DNA from: Macrostomum lignano
Lineage: Eukaryota
Direction: 5' to 3'
Assembly (NCBI GenBank): GCA_002269645.1
Contig: NIVC01000103.1
Coordinates: 186,001-250,000, forward strand
DNA: 64,000 nucleotides
The translations under genes and the position numbers were made by a program. Positions 35,717 through 49,600 of the stretch are shown here, in pieces. Under the pieces are notes generated by a model. The model saw only the letters and a list, made by a program, of their open reading frames with translations, did not search any database and was not told the DNA's origin. The first letter of the stretch is position 1. The number at the start of each line of letters is the position of its first letter.

Positions 35717-38700
35717 CGCACCGGGCACTTGTTGGTACGGTATACAATGGTGGGCACTTATTTTGCAATTTTTTTTGACACACGAAAACACACACATACA
35801 CACAGTGCAATGACCTATTAAGTATTTTTTGCATTTAAATGATGAAAAAAAGCATGCATTGAAACAAAAAAGCACGCCCCATACTAATAGTATGATCTAT
35901 TGAAAGTGAAGGAATAGCATATCATCGTGTAACTATATTGTCCTCAGTCCAGCGAATTCAGCATTACTTGAAATACAAAAGGTTTCGTTAAAGCCAATCC
36001 ACATGAAGGAAAAACTAGTTATAAGCAGTCTATTTACCTTTACCTTTACTAATACGCTATAATGCTGTACGCAATATGCCTGACTAATATGAATAAAAAA
36101 TTCAATTACACTTGCGCTTAGGAAAAAACCTAAAATTGACAGTGAAACTGAAAAACTGAAACGCAGAGATTAGTTAAGCAGATTAAACAACAAATTCCGG
36201 TCGAGTGAGAAAACAGGAGTCTCGTTATTTAGAGCACTCTGGCATCTAGCATTACTCTCGTAGACTATTAGCTGCTCTCCTGAGTTCGAAGCTGGCAGGT
36301 CCGTTGCAGTCGGCATCGATTGAGTCGACTGCCAATTTAGTCAATGGGTTTCGTTTCTTCTTTTCACTGGAACCTGTGGTGGGATTAGCAAAATATCGAT
36401 TTCGCATATCTATTTAGTGATTTCAAGGACGACAAAATCATTCTTCTCTGCATGTCAGCTCCAGAAGATGCTAGTTTGCTTGCAGCTTTCTGTAGGAGCA
36501 TTCTACTTTAGTAAAGTGTACCCATTCTAAAATAAGCTGTTTTTAATATGTCCCAACAAGTCTCTGTGCAGTGTGTCATCCGTTTGCCCATCAATTTGTT
36601 CTGGAGCCCTTTATTAATTGAGTTCTTTAGGTGACTTAACAAATGCGGAAAAAACTAGACACACACACACAGTGGCCCAACACTTCGTGTCCCAATAATT
36701 GCTAGGAAAAATGCACTGCAGTGTTTAAGCATCTCCTCTGAGGGGCCCTTGCATGCATAGCTATAGAATCTGCTAAGACCCGATCTGAGAGTTAAAAGTA
36801 CAAAAAGTTATAACGCTTCTAGACACGAAAACGAATGCAGCCACAGCATGAACTAACCTTTCATTGAAGCTTCTGCTTTAAAGACTTTGATGCTGTGAAG
36901 CATTCTGGCATCTAGCATTACTCTCGTAGACTATTAGCTGCTCTCCTGAGTTCGAAGCTGACAGGTCCGTTGCAGTCGGCATCGATTGAGTCGACTGCCA
37001 ATTTAGTCAATGGGTTTCGTTTCTTCTTTTCACTGGAACCTGTGGTGGGATTAGCAAAAGATCGATTTCGCATATCTATTTAGTGATTTCAAGGACGACA
37101 AAATCATTCTTCTCTGCATGTCAGCTCCAGAAGATGCTAGTTTGCTTGCAGCTTTCTGTAGGAGCATTCTACTTTAGTAAAGTGTACCCATTCTAAAATA
37201 AGCTGTTTTTAATATGTCCCAACAAGTCTCTGTGCAGTGTGTCATCCGTTTGCCCATCAATTTGTTTGGAGCCCTTTATTAATTGAGTTCTTTAGGTGAC
37301 TTAACAAATGCGGAAAAAACTAGACACACACACACAGTGGCCCAACACTTCGTGTCCCAATAATTGCTAGGAAAAATGCACTGCAGTGTTTAAGCATCTC
37401 CTCTGAGGGGCCCTTGCATGCATAGCTATAGAATCTGCTAAGACCCGATCTGAGAGTTAAAAGTACAAAAAGTTATAACGCTTCTAGACACGAAAACGAA
37501 TGCAGCCACAGCATGAACTAACCTTTCATTGAAGCTTCTGCTTTAAAGACTTTGATGCTGTGAAGCATTCTGGCATCTAGCATTACTCTCGTAGACTATT
37601 AGCTGCTCTCCTGAGTTCGAAGCTGACAGGTCCGTTGCAGTCGGCATCGATTGAGTCGACTGCCAATTTAGTCAATGGGTTTCGTTTCTTCTTTTCACTG
37701 GAACCTGTGGTGGGATTAGCAAAAGATCGATTTCGCATATCTATTTAGTGATTTCAAGGACGACAAAATCATTCTTCTCTGCATGTCAGCTCCAGAAGAT
37801 GCTAGTTTGCTTGCAGCTTTCTGTAGGAGCATTCTACTTTAGTAAAGTATACCCATTCTAAAAAAGCTGTTTTTAATATGTCCCAACAAGTCTCTGTGCA
37901 GTGTGTCATCCGTTTGCCCATCAATTTGTTCTGGAGCCCTTTATTAATTGAGTTCTTTAGGTGACTTAACAAATGCGGAAAAAACTAGACACACACACAC
38001 AGTGGCCCAACACTTCGTGTCCCAATAATTGCTAGGAAAAATGCACTGCAGTGTTTAAGCATCTCCTCTGAGGGGCCCTTGCATGCATAGCTATAGAATC
38101 TGCTAAGACCCGATCTGAGAGTTAAAAGTACAAAAAGTTATAACGCTTCTAGACACGAAAACGAATGCAGCCACAGCATGAACTAACCTTTCATTGAAGC
38201 TTCTGCTTTAAAGACTTTGATGCTGTGAAGCATTCTGGCATCTAGCATTACTCTCGTAGACTATTAGCTGCTCTCCTGAGTTCGAAGCTGACAGGTCCGT
38301 TGCAGTCGGCATCGATTGAGTCGACTGCCAATTTAGTCAATGGGTTTCGTTTCTTCTTTTCACTGGAACCTGTGGTGGGATTAGCAAAAGATCGATTTCG
38401 CATATCTATTTAGTGATTTCAAGGACGACAAAATCATTCTTCTCTGCATGTCAGCTCCAGAAGATGCTAGTTTGCTTGCAGCTTTCTGTAGGAGCATTCT
38501 ACTTTAGTAAAGTGTACCCATTCTAAAATAAGCTGTTTTTAATATGTCCCAACAAGTCTCTGTGCAGTGTGTCATCCGTTTGCCCATCAATTTGTTCTGG
38601 AGCCCTTTATTAATTGAGTTCTTTAGGTGACTTAACAAATGCGGAAAAAACTAGACACACACACACAGTGGCCCAACACTTCGTGTCCCAATAATTGCTA

Positions 38701-41700
38701 GGAAAAATGCACTGCAGTGTTTAAGCATCTCCTCTGAGGGGCCCTTGCATGCATAGCTATAGAATCTGCTAAGACCCGATCTGAGAGTTAAAAGTACAAA
38801 AAGTTATAACGCTTCTAGACACGAAAACGAATGCAGCCACAGCATGAACTAACCTTTCATTGAAGCTTCTGCTTTAAAGACTTTGATGCTGTGAAGCATT
38901 CTGGCATCTAGCATTACTCTCGTAGACTATTAGCTGCTCTCCTGAGTTCGAAGCTGACAGGTCCGTTGCAGTCGGCATCGATTGAGTCGACTGCCAATTT
39001 AGTCAATGGGTTTCGTTTCTTCTTTTCACTGGAACCTGTGGTGGGATTAGCAAAAGATCGATTTCGCATATCTATTTAGTGATTTCAAGGACGACAAAAT
39101 CATTCTTCTCTGCATGTCAGCTCCAGAAGATGCTAGTTTGCTTGCAGCTTTCTGTAGGAGCATTCTACTTTAGTAAAGTGTACCCATTCTAAAAAAGCTG
39201 TTTTTAATATGTCCCAACAAGTCTCTGTGCAGTGTGTCATCCGTTTGCCCATCAATTTGTTCTGGAGCCCTTTATTAATTGAGTTCTTTAGGTGACTTAA
39301 CAAATGCGGAAAAAACTAGACACACACACACAGTGGCCCAACACTTCGTGTCCCAATAATTGCTAGGAAAAATGCACTGCAGTGTTTAAGCATCTCCTCT
39401 GAGGGGCCCTTGCATGCATAGCTATAGAATCTGCTAAGACCCGATCTGAGAGTTAAAAGTACAAAAAGTTATAACGCTTCTAGACACGAAAACGAATGCA
39501 GCCACAGCATGAACTAACCTTTCATTGAAGCTTCTGCTTTAAAGACTTTGATGCTGTGAAGCATTCTGGCATCTAGCATTACTCTCGTAGACTATTAGCT
39601 GCTCTCCTGAGTTCGAAGCTGACAGGTCCGTTGCAGTCGGCATCGATTGAGTCGACTGCCAATTTAGTCAATGGGTTTCGTTTCTTCTTTTCACTGGAAC
39701 CTGTGGTGGGATTAGCAAAAGATCGATTTCGCATATCTATTTAGTGATTTCAAGGACGACAAAATCATTCTTCTCTGCATGTCAGCTCCAGAAGATGCTA
39801 GTTTGCTTGCAGCTTTCTGTAGGAGCATTCTACTTTAGTAAAGTGTACCCATTCTAAAATAAGCTGTTTTTAATATGTCCCAACAAGTCTCTGTGCAGTG
39901 TGTCATCCGTTTGCCCATCAATTTGTTCTGGAGCCCTTTATTAATTGAGTTCTTTAGGTGACTTAACAAATGCGGAAAAAACTAGACACACACACACAGT
40001 GGCCCAACACTTCGTGTCCCAATAATTGCTAGGAAAAATGCACTGCAGTGTTTAAGCATCTCCTCTGAGGGGCCCTTGCATGCATAGCTATAGAATCTGC
40101 TAAGACCCGATCTGAGAGTTAAAAGTACAAAAAGTTATAACGCTTCTAGACACGAAAACGAATGCAGCCACAGCATGAACTAACCTTTCATTGAAGCTTC
40201 TGCTTTAAGACTTTGATGCTGTGAAGCATTCTGGCATCTAGCATTACTCTCGTAGACTATTAGCTGCTCTCCTGAGTTCGAAGCTGACAGGTCCGTTGCA
40301 GTCGGCATCGATTGAGTCGACTGCCAATTTAGTCAATGGGTTTCGTTTCTTCTTTTCACTGGAACCTGTGGTGGGATTAGCAAAAGATCGATTTCGCATA
40401 TCTATTTAGTGATTTCAAGGACGACAAAATCATTCTTCTCTGCATGTCAGCTCCAGAAGATGCTAGTTTGCTTGCAGCTTTCTGTAGGAGCATTCTACTT
40501 TAGTAAAGTGTACCCATTCTAAAAAAGCTGTTTTTAATATGTCCCAACAAGTCTCTGTGCAGTGTGTCATCCGTTTGCCCATCAATTTGTTCTGGAGCCC
40601 TTTATTAATTGAGTTCTTTAGGTGACTTAACAAATGCGGAAAAAACTAGACACACACACACAGTGGCCCAACACTTCGTGTCCCAATAATTGCTAGGAAA
40701 AATGCACTGCAGTGTTTAAGCATCTCCTCTGAGGGGCCCTTGCATGCATAGCTATAGAATCTGCTAAGACCCGATCTGAGAGTTAAAAGTACAAAAAGTT
40801 ATAACGCTTCTAGACACGAAAACGAATGCAGCCACAGCATGAACTAACCTTTCATTGAAGCTTCTGCTTTAAAGACTTTGATGCTGTGAAGCATTCTGGC
40901 ATCTAGCATTACTCTCGTAGACTATTAGCTGCTCTCCTGAGTTCGAAGCTGACAGGTCCGTTGCAGTCGGCATCGATTGAGTCGACTGCCAATTTAGTCA
41001 ATGGGTTTCGTTTCTTCTTTTCACTGGAACCTGTGGTGGGATTAGCAAAAGATCGATTTCGCATATCTATTTAGTGATTTCAAGGACGACAAAATCATTC
41101 TTCTCTGCATGTCAGCTCCAGAAGATGCTAGTTTGCTTGCAGCTTTCTGTAGGAGCATTCTACTTTAGTAAAGTGTACCCATTCTAAAATAAGCTGTTTT
41201 TAATATGTCCCAACAAGTCTCTGTGCAGTGTGTCATCCGTTTGCCCATCAATTTGTTCTGGAGCCCTTTATTAATTGAGTTCTTTAGGTGACTTAACAAA
41301 TGCGGAAAAAACTAGACACACACACACAGTGGCCCAACACTTCGTGTCCCAATAATTGCTAGGAAAAATGCACTGCAGTGTTTAAGCATCTCCTCTGAGG
41401 GGCCCTTGCATGCATAGCTATAGAATCTGCTAAGACCCGATCTGAGAGTTAAAAGTACAAAAAGTTATAACGCTTCTAGACACGAAAACGAATGCAGCCA
41501 CAGCATGAACTAACCTTTCATTGAAGCTTCTGCTTTAAAGACTTTGATGCTGTGAAGCATTCTGGCATCTAGCATTACTCTCGTAGACTATTAGCTGCTC
41601 TCCTGAGTTCGAAGCTGACAGGTCCGTTGCAGTCGGCATCGATTGAGTCGACTGCCAATTTAGTCAATGGGTTTCGTTTCTTCTTTTCACTGGAACCTGT

Positions 41701-44700
41701 GGTGGGATTAGCAAAAGATCGATTTCGCATATCTATTTAGTGATTTCAAGGACGACAAAATCATTCTTCTCTGCATGTCAGCTCCAGAAGATGCTAGTTT
41801 GCTTGCAGCTTTCTGTAGGAGCATTCTACTTTAGTAAAGTGTACCCATTCTAAAAAAGCTGTTTTTAATATGTCCCAACAAGTCTCTGTGCAGTGTGTCA
41901 TCCGTTTGCCCATCAATTTGTTCTGGAGCCCTTTATTAATTGAGTTCTTTAGGTGACTTAACAAATGCGGAAAAAACTAGACACACACACACAGTGGCCC
42001 AACACTTCGTGTCCCAATAATTGCTAGGAAAAATGCACTGCAGTGTTTAAGCATCTCCTCTGAGGGGCCCTTGCATGCATAGCTATAGAATCTGCTAAGA
42101 CCCGATCTGAGAGTTAAAAGTACAAAAAGTTATAACGCTTCTAGACACGAAAACGAATGCAGCCACAGCATGAACTAACCTTTCATTGAAGCTTCTGCTT
42201 TAAAGACTTTGATGCTGTGAAGCATTCTGGCATCTAGCATTACTCTCGTAGACTATTAGCTGCTCTCCTGAGTTCGAAGCTGACAGGTCCGTTGCAGTCG
42301 GCATCGATTGAGTCGACTGCCAATTTAGTCAATGGGTTTCGTTTCTTCTTTTCACTGGAACCTGTGGTGGGATTAGCAAAAGATCGATTTCGCATATCTA
42401 TTTAGTGATTTCAAGGACGACAAAATCATTCTTCTCTGCATGTCAGCTCCAGAAGATGCTAGTTTGCTTGCAGCTTTCTGTAGGAGCATTCTACTTTAGT
42501 AAAGTGTACCCATTCTAAAAAAGCTGTTTTTAATATGTCCCAACAAGTCTCTGTGCAGTGTGTCATCCGTTTGCCCATCAATTTGTTCTGGAGCCCTTTA
42601 TTAATTGAGTTCTTTAGGTGACTTAACAAATGCGGAAAAAACTAGACACACACACACAGTGGCCCAACACTTCGTGTCCCAATAATTGCTAGGAAAAATG
42701 CACTGCAGTGTTTAAGCATCTCCTCTGAGGGGCCCTTGCATGCATAGCTATAGAATCTGCTAAGACCCGATCTGAGAGTTAAAAGTACAAAAAGTTATAA
42801 CGCTTCTAGACACGAAAACGAATGCAGCCACAGCATGAACTAACCTTTCATTGAAGCTTCTGCTTTAAAGACTTTGATGCTGTGAAGCATTCTGGCATCT
42901 AGCATTACTCTCGTAGACTATTAGCTGCTCTCCTGAGTTCGAAGCTGACAGGTCCGTTGCAGTCGGCATCGATTGAGTCGACTGCCAATTTAGTCAATGG
43001 GTTTCGTTTCTTCTTTTCACTGGAACCTGTGGTGGGATTAGCAAAAGATCGATTTCGCATATCTATTTAGTGATTTCAAGGACGACAAAATCATTCTTCT
43101 CTGCATGTCAGCTCCAGAAGATGCTAGTTTGCTTGCAGCTTTCTGTAGGAGCATTCTACTTTAGTAAAGTGTACCCATTCTAAAATAAGCTGTTTTTAAT
43201 ATGTCCCAACAAGTCTCTGTGCAGTGTGTCATCCGTTTGCCCATCAATTTGTTTGGAGCCCTTTATTAATTGAGTTCTTTAGGTGACTTAACAAATGCGG
43301 AAAAAACTAGACACACACACACAGTGGCCCAACACTTCGTGTCCCAATAATTGCTAGGAAAAATGCACTGCAGTGTTTAAGCATCTCCTCTGAGGGGCCC
43401 TTGCATGCATAGCTATAGAATCTGCTAAGACCCGATCTGAGAGTTAAAAGTACAAAAAGTTATAACGCTTCTAGACACGAAAACGAATGCAGCCACAGCA
43501 TGAACTAACCTTTCATTGAAGCTTCTGCTTTAAAGACTTTGATGCTGTGAAGCATTCTGGCATCTAGCATTACTCTCGTAGACTATTAGCTGCTCTCCTG
43601 AGTTCGAAGCTGACAGGTCCGTTGCAGTCGGCATCGATTGAGTCGACTGCCAATTTAGTCAATGGGTTTCGTTTCTTCTTTTCACTGGAACCTGTGGTGG
43701 GATTAGCAAAAGATCGATTTCGCATATCTATTTAGTGATTTCAAGGACGACAAAATCATTCTTCTCTGCATGTCAGCTCCAGAAGATGCTAGTTTGCTTG
43801 CAGCTTTCTGTAGGAGCATTCTACTTTAGTAAAGTATACCTATTCTAAAAAAGCTGTTTTTAATATGTCCCAACAAGTCTCTGTGCAGTGTGTCATCCGT
43901 TTGCCCATCAATTTGTTCTGGAGCCCTTTATTAATTGAGTTCTTTAGGTGACTTAACAAATGCGGAAAAAACTAGACACACACACACAGTGGCCCAACAC
44001 TTCGTGTCCCAATAATTGCTAGGAAAAATGCACTGCAGTGTTTAAGCATCTCCTCTGAGGGGCCCTTGCATGCATAGCTATAGAATCTGCTAAGACCCAA
44101 TCTGAGAGTTAAAAGTAAAAAACTTATAATTTTTGTGGTTGGACACGTAGGCTATTGAATGTCAATGGATTCAGACGAAATGTCAAGTTTTACTCAAAGC
44201 TTTTACAGCCTACCGGTTAAAGTCGACGGATCCTTTGGCAATTGCGCCACATGACAGTTGAGCAAAGATGATATCCCTGAAGTAGAGATAGAAATAAGTA
44301 GGAGCAGTATTTTTTATAGCATTTAAATATAAATGCTTCTTGTTTCCGACAATTTCTTTTAATACCACTTACATTTTTATCGCTGTGCCATTCCATGCTG
44401 TTCTTTCCATACCATGGTGACTCGGGTGCCATGGCAGAGGCAGAGTTGACCATTGATTTCAGCATAGCGAGTACATGCCAATTTTGTTTACCGTAAGTTT
44501 GCGGGGTGGCGTCAATAATAGACCAAAATAAATGTACACTTAACTAGCAAGGGGACTCTGGTAAATTGGAGCCATGTACACAGGGGGGTAGGGCTTAGTC
44601 CTAACATGTACGGGGTAAGTCCTAATAGAAGTGGGCTATTGTAAACGACACTGTAGCACACAGTCCCAACAATTTATAGAATATCGAATGCACGCAGCAG

Positions 44701-45313
44701 TCAATAGCAAGTCCTAACAAGAGTAGGCTGTTGTATTAAACACTGCAACACTGTCCTAACAATTTAGTTCGTGTAGAGTACTACTGATGCCCATCACAGT
44801 CAGAAGTACATGTAAGCCCTTGTCATTTCTTTAGGTTTATCTCCATCCAGAACCATCCTTTGACAATAAAATACCCTTAAAAGTGTTTTGCTATGCTTTG
44901 CTTTGTATGTATTTAATGTATGCTATGTATATAAGTCTTGAAATAAAGACTGCAGCAAATGAATGCGCTTGAAATCTACTATTAGTAAAAATATGAGAAA
45001 AAACCAATAAAAATATACGGGAGCAGATTAGCCATTTCAGTGTCCCAATAGTGATTTGGTCGAATTTTGTATCATTTTTCATTATTGGGACGCCAGTTTT
45101 TGCTTAATTATGGACTCAGAAAGTAAAATTATTAAAAATGAGTTGCACCATCAAAAAGAGGCTGTCGAGCTGAATCCATAGAGTATTTTTTTGAGCTGCT
45201 ATTGTAAGTTTTTTGGAAGTGTTGGACGGACTTGATGGGACAGTCCCAACATTTTTTTTGGCCCAACAGCGCGGGTCCCGTTGTATGCGTATGGCCCAAC
45301 AAATGCCCCGTGC

Positions 45314-45314
<1 letters not shown>
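35717..45314. mobile_element. Putative non-autonomous DNA transposon (CMC-like CAC...GTG termini) containing the 665-bp array
   Basis: Inverted termini CGCACCGGGCACTTGTTGG (35717-35735) and rc of 45296-45314 CGCACGGGGCATTTGTTGG match at 17/19 positions. (CA)n lies immediately outside both ends, and TGTTGGG(C/A)C-type subterminal motifs recur at 44560-45300. No transposase ORF was recognised. Confidence 0.55.
36236..44123. repeat. Tandem array of 12 ~665-bp units (last partial), nearly identical
   Basis: Unit starts (CATTCTGGCATCTAGC) at about 36236, 36901, 37566, 38231, 38897, 39562, 40227, 40892, 41558, 42223, 42888 and 43553. Confidence 0.97.
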
Positions 45315-45361
<47 letters not shown>

Positions 45362-46634
45362 AGGCACACGGTTGTGGGCCGATGTCGCAAAGACTGTCGC
45401 GACAGGGTGCTCACAACCTTCAATATTTATTATTATTTACTATTACCTCCTTGCCAGAAGAGTTTCTATACTTCCCCGTGGCGCGAGTTGTTTAACAGCA
45501 CCATTGAAGATTCAAAAGCCTGCGAGTTTTGACCTTCAATGTCATTTTCAATGAATTTCTAAAAAACGGTTGACCAAAGGGTTCTTAGATGTTTACTTTT
45601 CAGAGTTGCTACATGAAAGTGCGTACCTTGGATAAAAGACTAGACTGGCATGTACCTACTCGTATAGCCGTTTCTTAGAAAAAATTTAACTTTTTCTAAG
45701 AAACATCCCAGCACCAGCATAGAAAGACGCTAAGAATAAGCTTTGATCTCTGAATGACGTCAGTCTGTATCCAAGATAACATGTAGCTCATTTGCCATTA
45801 AGCTAGATTGGCAACCCGCGGCTTCATGCAGAAAGATAAAAGTAAGTTCGTGTCACTTTTGTCACTCAGTATTATTTATATTCATTGGCATACCTCGCTC
45901 GGTGTACAAGCATAACAAAGGAATATTTTTCTAAACATTTGCTTGATCAACTATTATATAAACTATTACTTTATGAAGAGCTCTTAAATTTGTGTTTTTG
46001 TTGCATTGTGATGTACAAAACAGTGAGACTGAACGCAGTTGTGTGTTTAATTATTTACACACTGGAATCAAGAAACAGAAAATATAGAAAGCAGTTCAAA
46101 TAAAAGCACTACACAAAGAACTTATTTAAAAATTATTTAATCACGTTGCAAAAAAGGTGCTAGCAGGGTATGGAAGATCGAAGACATCGGGGGAGGGGTG
46201 CTGCCGTCGCGCTGTCCCAGCTGGGGAGGCGAATGTCCACGGGCAGGTCAGTGTGTTTCGCAAGTGTTGTGGTGTACCACCCTGTGATTAGACGTGTAGG
46301 CTCAAAGTTAAAGTCAAACTCTGTGTTTACACTGAGTCCGTTTCTGCTTCAGATGGATAATTTGCAAACTAAATATTTGTGATGTATAGTAGCGCGTAGA
46401 ACTAAAATAAATACTTCTATTGATATCTTTTCCTGAAAAACAGTGCTTTGTAAAATTTCTGAATCAGTAATATAGTGCTTATAATAACTTAGTTTAAATA
46501 CACTAATCGCACAATTTCGAATTTGGTATTTGTGACCTTGAGGTTCGCGCGTTTCGTCAGTTCGTTCAGCTTAAAAAGGAGACAACATTTGCGAAATGTG
46601 TCTAGAAGCTTTATGACATAAAATAATTTTAAAC

Positions 46635-49600
46635 ATGGAGGGTAGTCTAGCTCACATAATTGCTGGCGGGTAAGTAACTTTCTACTTCTTTACACTTTAG
46701 GAAATTAGGACTTATAGGTCTTGTTCTTTATTATTAATATAAACTTCGCTTTCCGGCTTTTTAATCTTACCGTATCTATATACGAGCTATAATATATTGT
46801 GTAGCATTTGAGAACTGGCTATTGACATTTTGCACTGGGGCGGATCCAGGTGGAGCCAAGGGGGCCATGGCCATTTTCTGCATATGATTTGTGAAGATTA
46901 CTGCATATAGTCTAGAGACATAGACATTGGTATAGATTTCCCTAATCCTAGTTGTAGTAGGGGTAAGTAAAGTAGGCTAGGCCTAATTAACAATAATAGA
47001 ACCTAGCCTTGTTGGAATTGGAATAAAGTCTTAAATGTTTCAGGCAGTGTCCAAAGTCCAAAGCACCCTAGAAGATTAGTGGACTTACAAACAAAATCAA
47101 AGCATTAAACATTAGTAGTGGTACTAGACACTTTAGTATAGGGGTTGGCAAACTCTGGCCCTTGATCCAGATCCAGCCTGTGACACCTTTAAGTCTCTCC
47201 TGCAGAATTCTTACTATCTAGCGATGTAAAAGTGGAAAATAAAAAGCTTCTCTTATTTTATTTTAAAAGAATGTAACTTAAATAAATTTATTTAAATAAA
47301 ATCTTTTTAGTTAAAAAAGGCATTTTAACCTAATAAGCAAAATATTGTCAAAAACTTCAATATGAATTCATGAATATGTGCTATATTCTATTGTGAATAT
47401 ATAACATTAAACAGTTAACAAATAGGGAATTTAATGCTATGCACATATGTGCAAGTTCAAAGTTCTAAGATACTTCTATGTCATATTGTTCAAATTTTGA
47501 AGTTATAGTTGCAGTTTTAAATAAACAAATTGCTTTTATTTTTTACCTTTATGAAAGGCTTTGTCTTTAATTTTCAGTATATACATATAATATAGTAAGG
47601 GTTAACAATATATAGTCAAGTAACAAAATTTGTCAACAATATAAAATATAAAAGTGCTAACAAATTTGATGTTAATGAAATTGATAGCTTTGCATATGAC
47701 TACCTAGGACCTTATTGCATGTGGTGCATTTGGTAAATAATCAAATACCATATACATCATTATTATATTATTGTACAATATAGGAATTGTAGGCTTTGCT
47801 AAGTCGAATAACTTTTAGTGATAACATTTAATATTTATTAATTATAAATTCACAAGATATTGATATTGATACTAGGCCTATGCAATTCTCTTTTTTAGTC
47901 TGTCTTTTAGACCCTCTATTGGTCCATTGGAATATAGTGTATGACATATGTTAGATCATACATGCGCAATAGTTGGTCGAGTTGGCCGATCCAGCCGACT
48001 GATTTGGCGGCCAACCAAGGAAGTCGCAAAAATGCCCACCTAAAAAAACAAAAAGTAGTAGTACTAAGTAGCTGATGAGGCATTTTGGCTTTATAAGACA
48101 GTCATAGTTACTCTTACCGTTTACCCAAAATTGCGTTAATTTTGCTTTCGGGTTTTTTTACATGTAATTCGCATTTTTGGCCAAAAACTACGTCGCATTT
48201 TTGTTAAAACTAAGTCACACGGCTGACCGAATTTTGGAGGTTGCGCATGTATGTGTTAGATACATTCAAGTAGCTAGTACTTTGGAAGGATTTGCATTGT
48301 CTTTACCATATATATATAACCTTTAAAAGTATACTGAACACTGACCAAATGCAACTTAGTATTTTGACTAAAAATGGGACTTAGTTTTGTAACCTATGCC
48401 AAAAATAAACTAAGAATTCATTTAATTTGTTGTCAAATGTGTAAAGAATTAAAAATATCCTAAAAAGTTATCAATTTTCATGACCCTTTGTTTACCATCC
48501 ACATTAGGTAGATTGGCTAGGTTAGCTGGCAGTTGTGCATATATATTGGACAGAAAGCATAAGTTTTATCTAAAATCCCAATTGAAATTAAAAAAAATAA
48601 GACTTGTAACCTATTTAAAGCAAATTGTGCAATAGAAATGTAGCAAAATATAACTGTTTAAAATAAGGTTTAAGCTAAACACTTGACAATATGAAACTAT
48701 AATTTAATATTAGAGATTGGATGGGATACTGAACATCTGAAAAAAAATACTTGTAGTACTTGCATCCTGTTCTATAGTCTCATCTTATCATTTAATTGAT
48801 TCTGCCAGGGTTGCTGGTACCACTGGTGCCCTGTTCACTTCACCACTGGAAATTGTGAAGACCCGACTACAGGGCTCAGTGAACACCTGGTCAGGTCCTA
48901 CAGCTGTGCTCAGTACAGCAGGAGCCGGGCCTCAGTCTCAGCTGTTAATTCAACAAGGCGGCTTAGCAGCCCGGCTCAGATATGTGCCCAGCAACCACCT
49001 GTCAATCATGTCCTGCGTTCGTCATATTTACCGGGCCGAGGGCGCTAGGGCGCTGTTTAAAGGCCTCACAATGACCATCGCTGGCGTGCTGCCGTCTCGA
49101 GCAATCTACTTTGGCGCCTACTTTAATGGCCAAGAAATGTTTGCGCCAGCTTACGCCAAGGGCACGCATGGCAACGTGTTTGCCGCCTCGTCATTTGCCA
49201 GCTTCGTGTCGTCCACGCTGACCAATCCGATTTGGTATGTCAAGACCCGGATGCAGCTCGATCAATCGTGAGTCGGACATTTCTTGACTGGCTTTGCTCA
49301 AAATGGCTTTTTTATTGCTGCTTAGCTTGCTATCTGTCGCCTCCCAGATCCTCAGTTGCTGGGCTAGCCTCCCAGATCCTCAGTTGCTGGGCCAGCCTCC
49401 CAGATCCTCAGTTGCTGGGCCAGCCTCCCAGATCCTCAGTTGCTGGGCCAGCCTCCCAGATCCTCAGTTGCTGGGCCAGCCTCCCAGATCCTCAGTTGCT
49501 AGGCCAGCCTCCCAGACCCTTAGTTGCTGGGCGAGCCTCCCAGAGTGTCAGTTGCTGGGCCAGCCTCCCAGATCCTCAGTTGCTAGGCCAGCCTCCCAGA

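Noticed and set aside
37335-37380. RAG recombination signal sequence (CACAGTG heptamer) in each 665-bp unit
   Set aside because: There is no ACAAAAACC-like nonamer at 12 or 23 nt spacing, and the heptamer could partly arise from the adjacent (CA)n run. It is kept only as a possible transposon-end motif.
36236-44123. Tandem snRNA, 5S or spliced-leader RNA gene array
   Set aside because: I found no recognisable U1/U2/U4/U5/U6, 5S or SL signature (no leader ending in ATG/GTAAG with an Sm site) in the unit by eye. An Infernal/Rfam search would be needed to exclude this fully.
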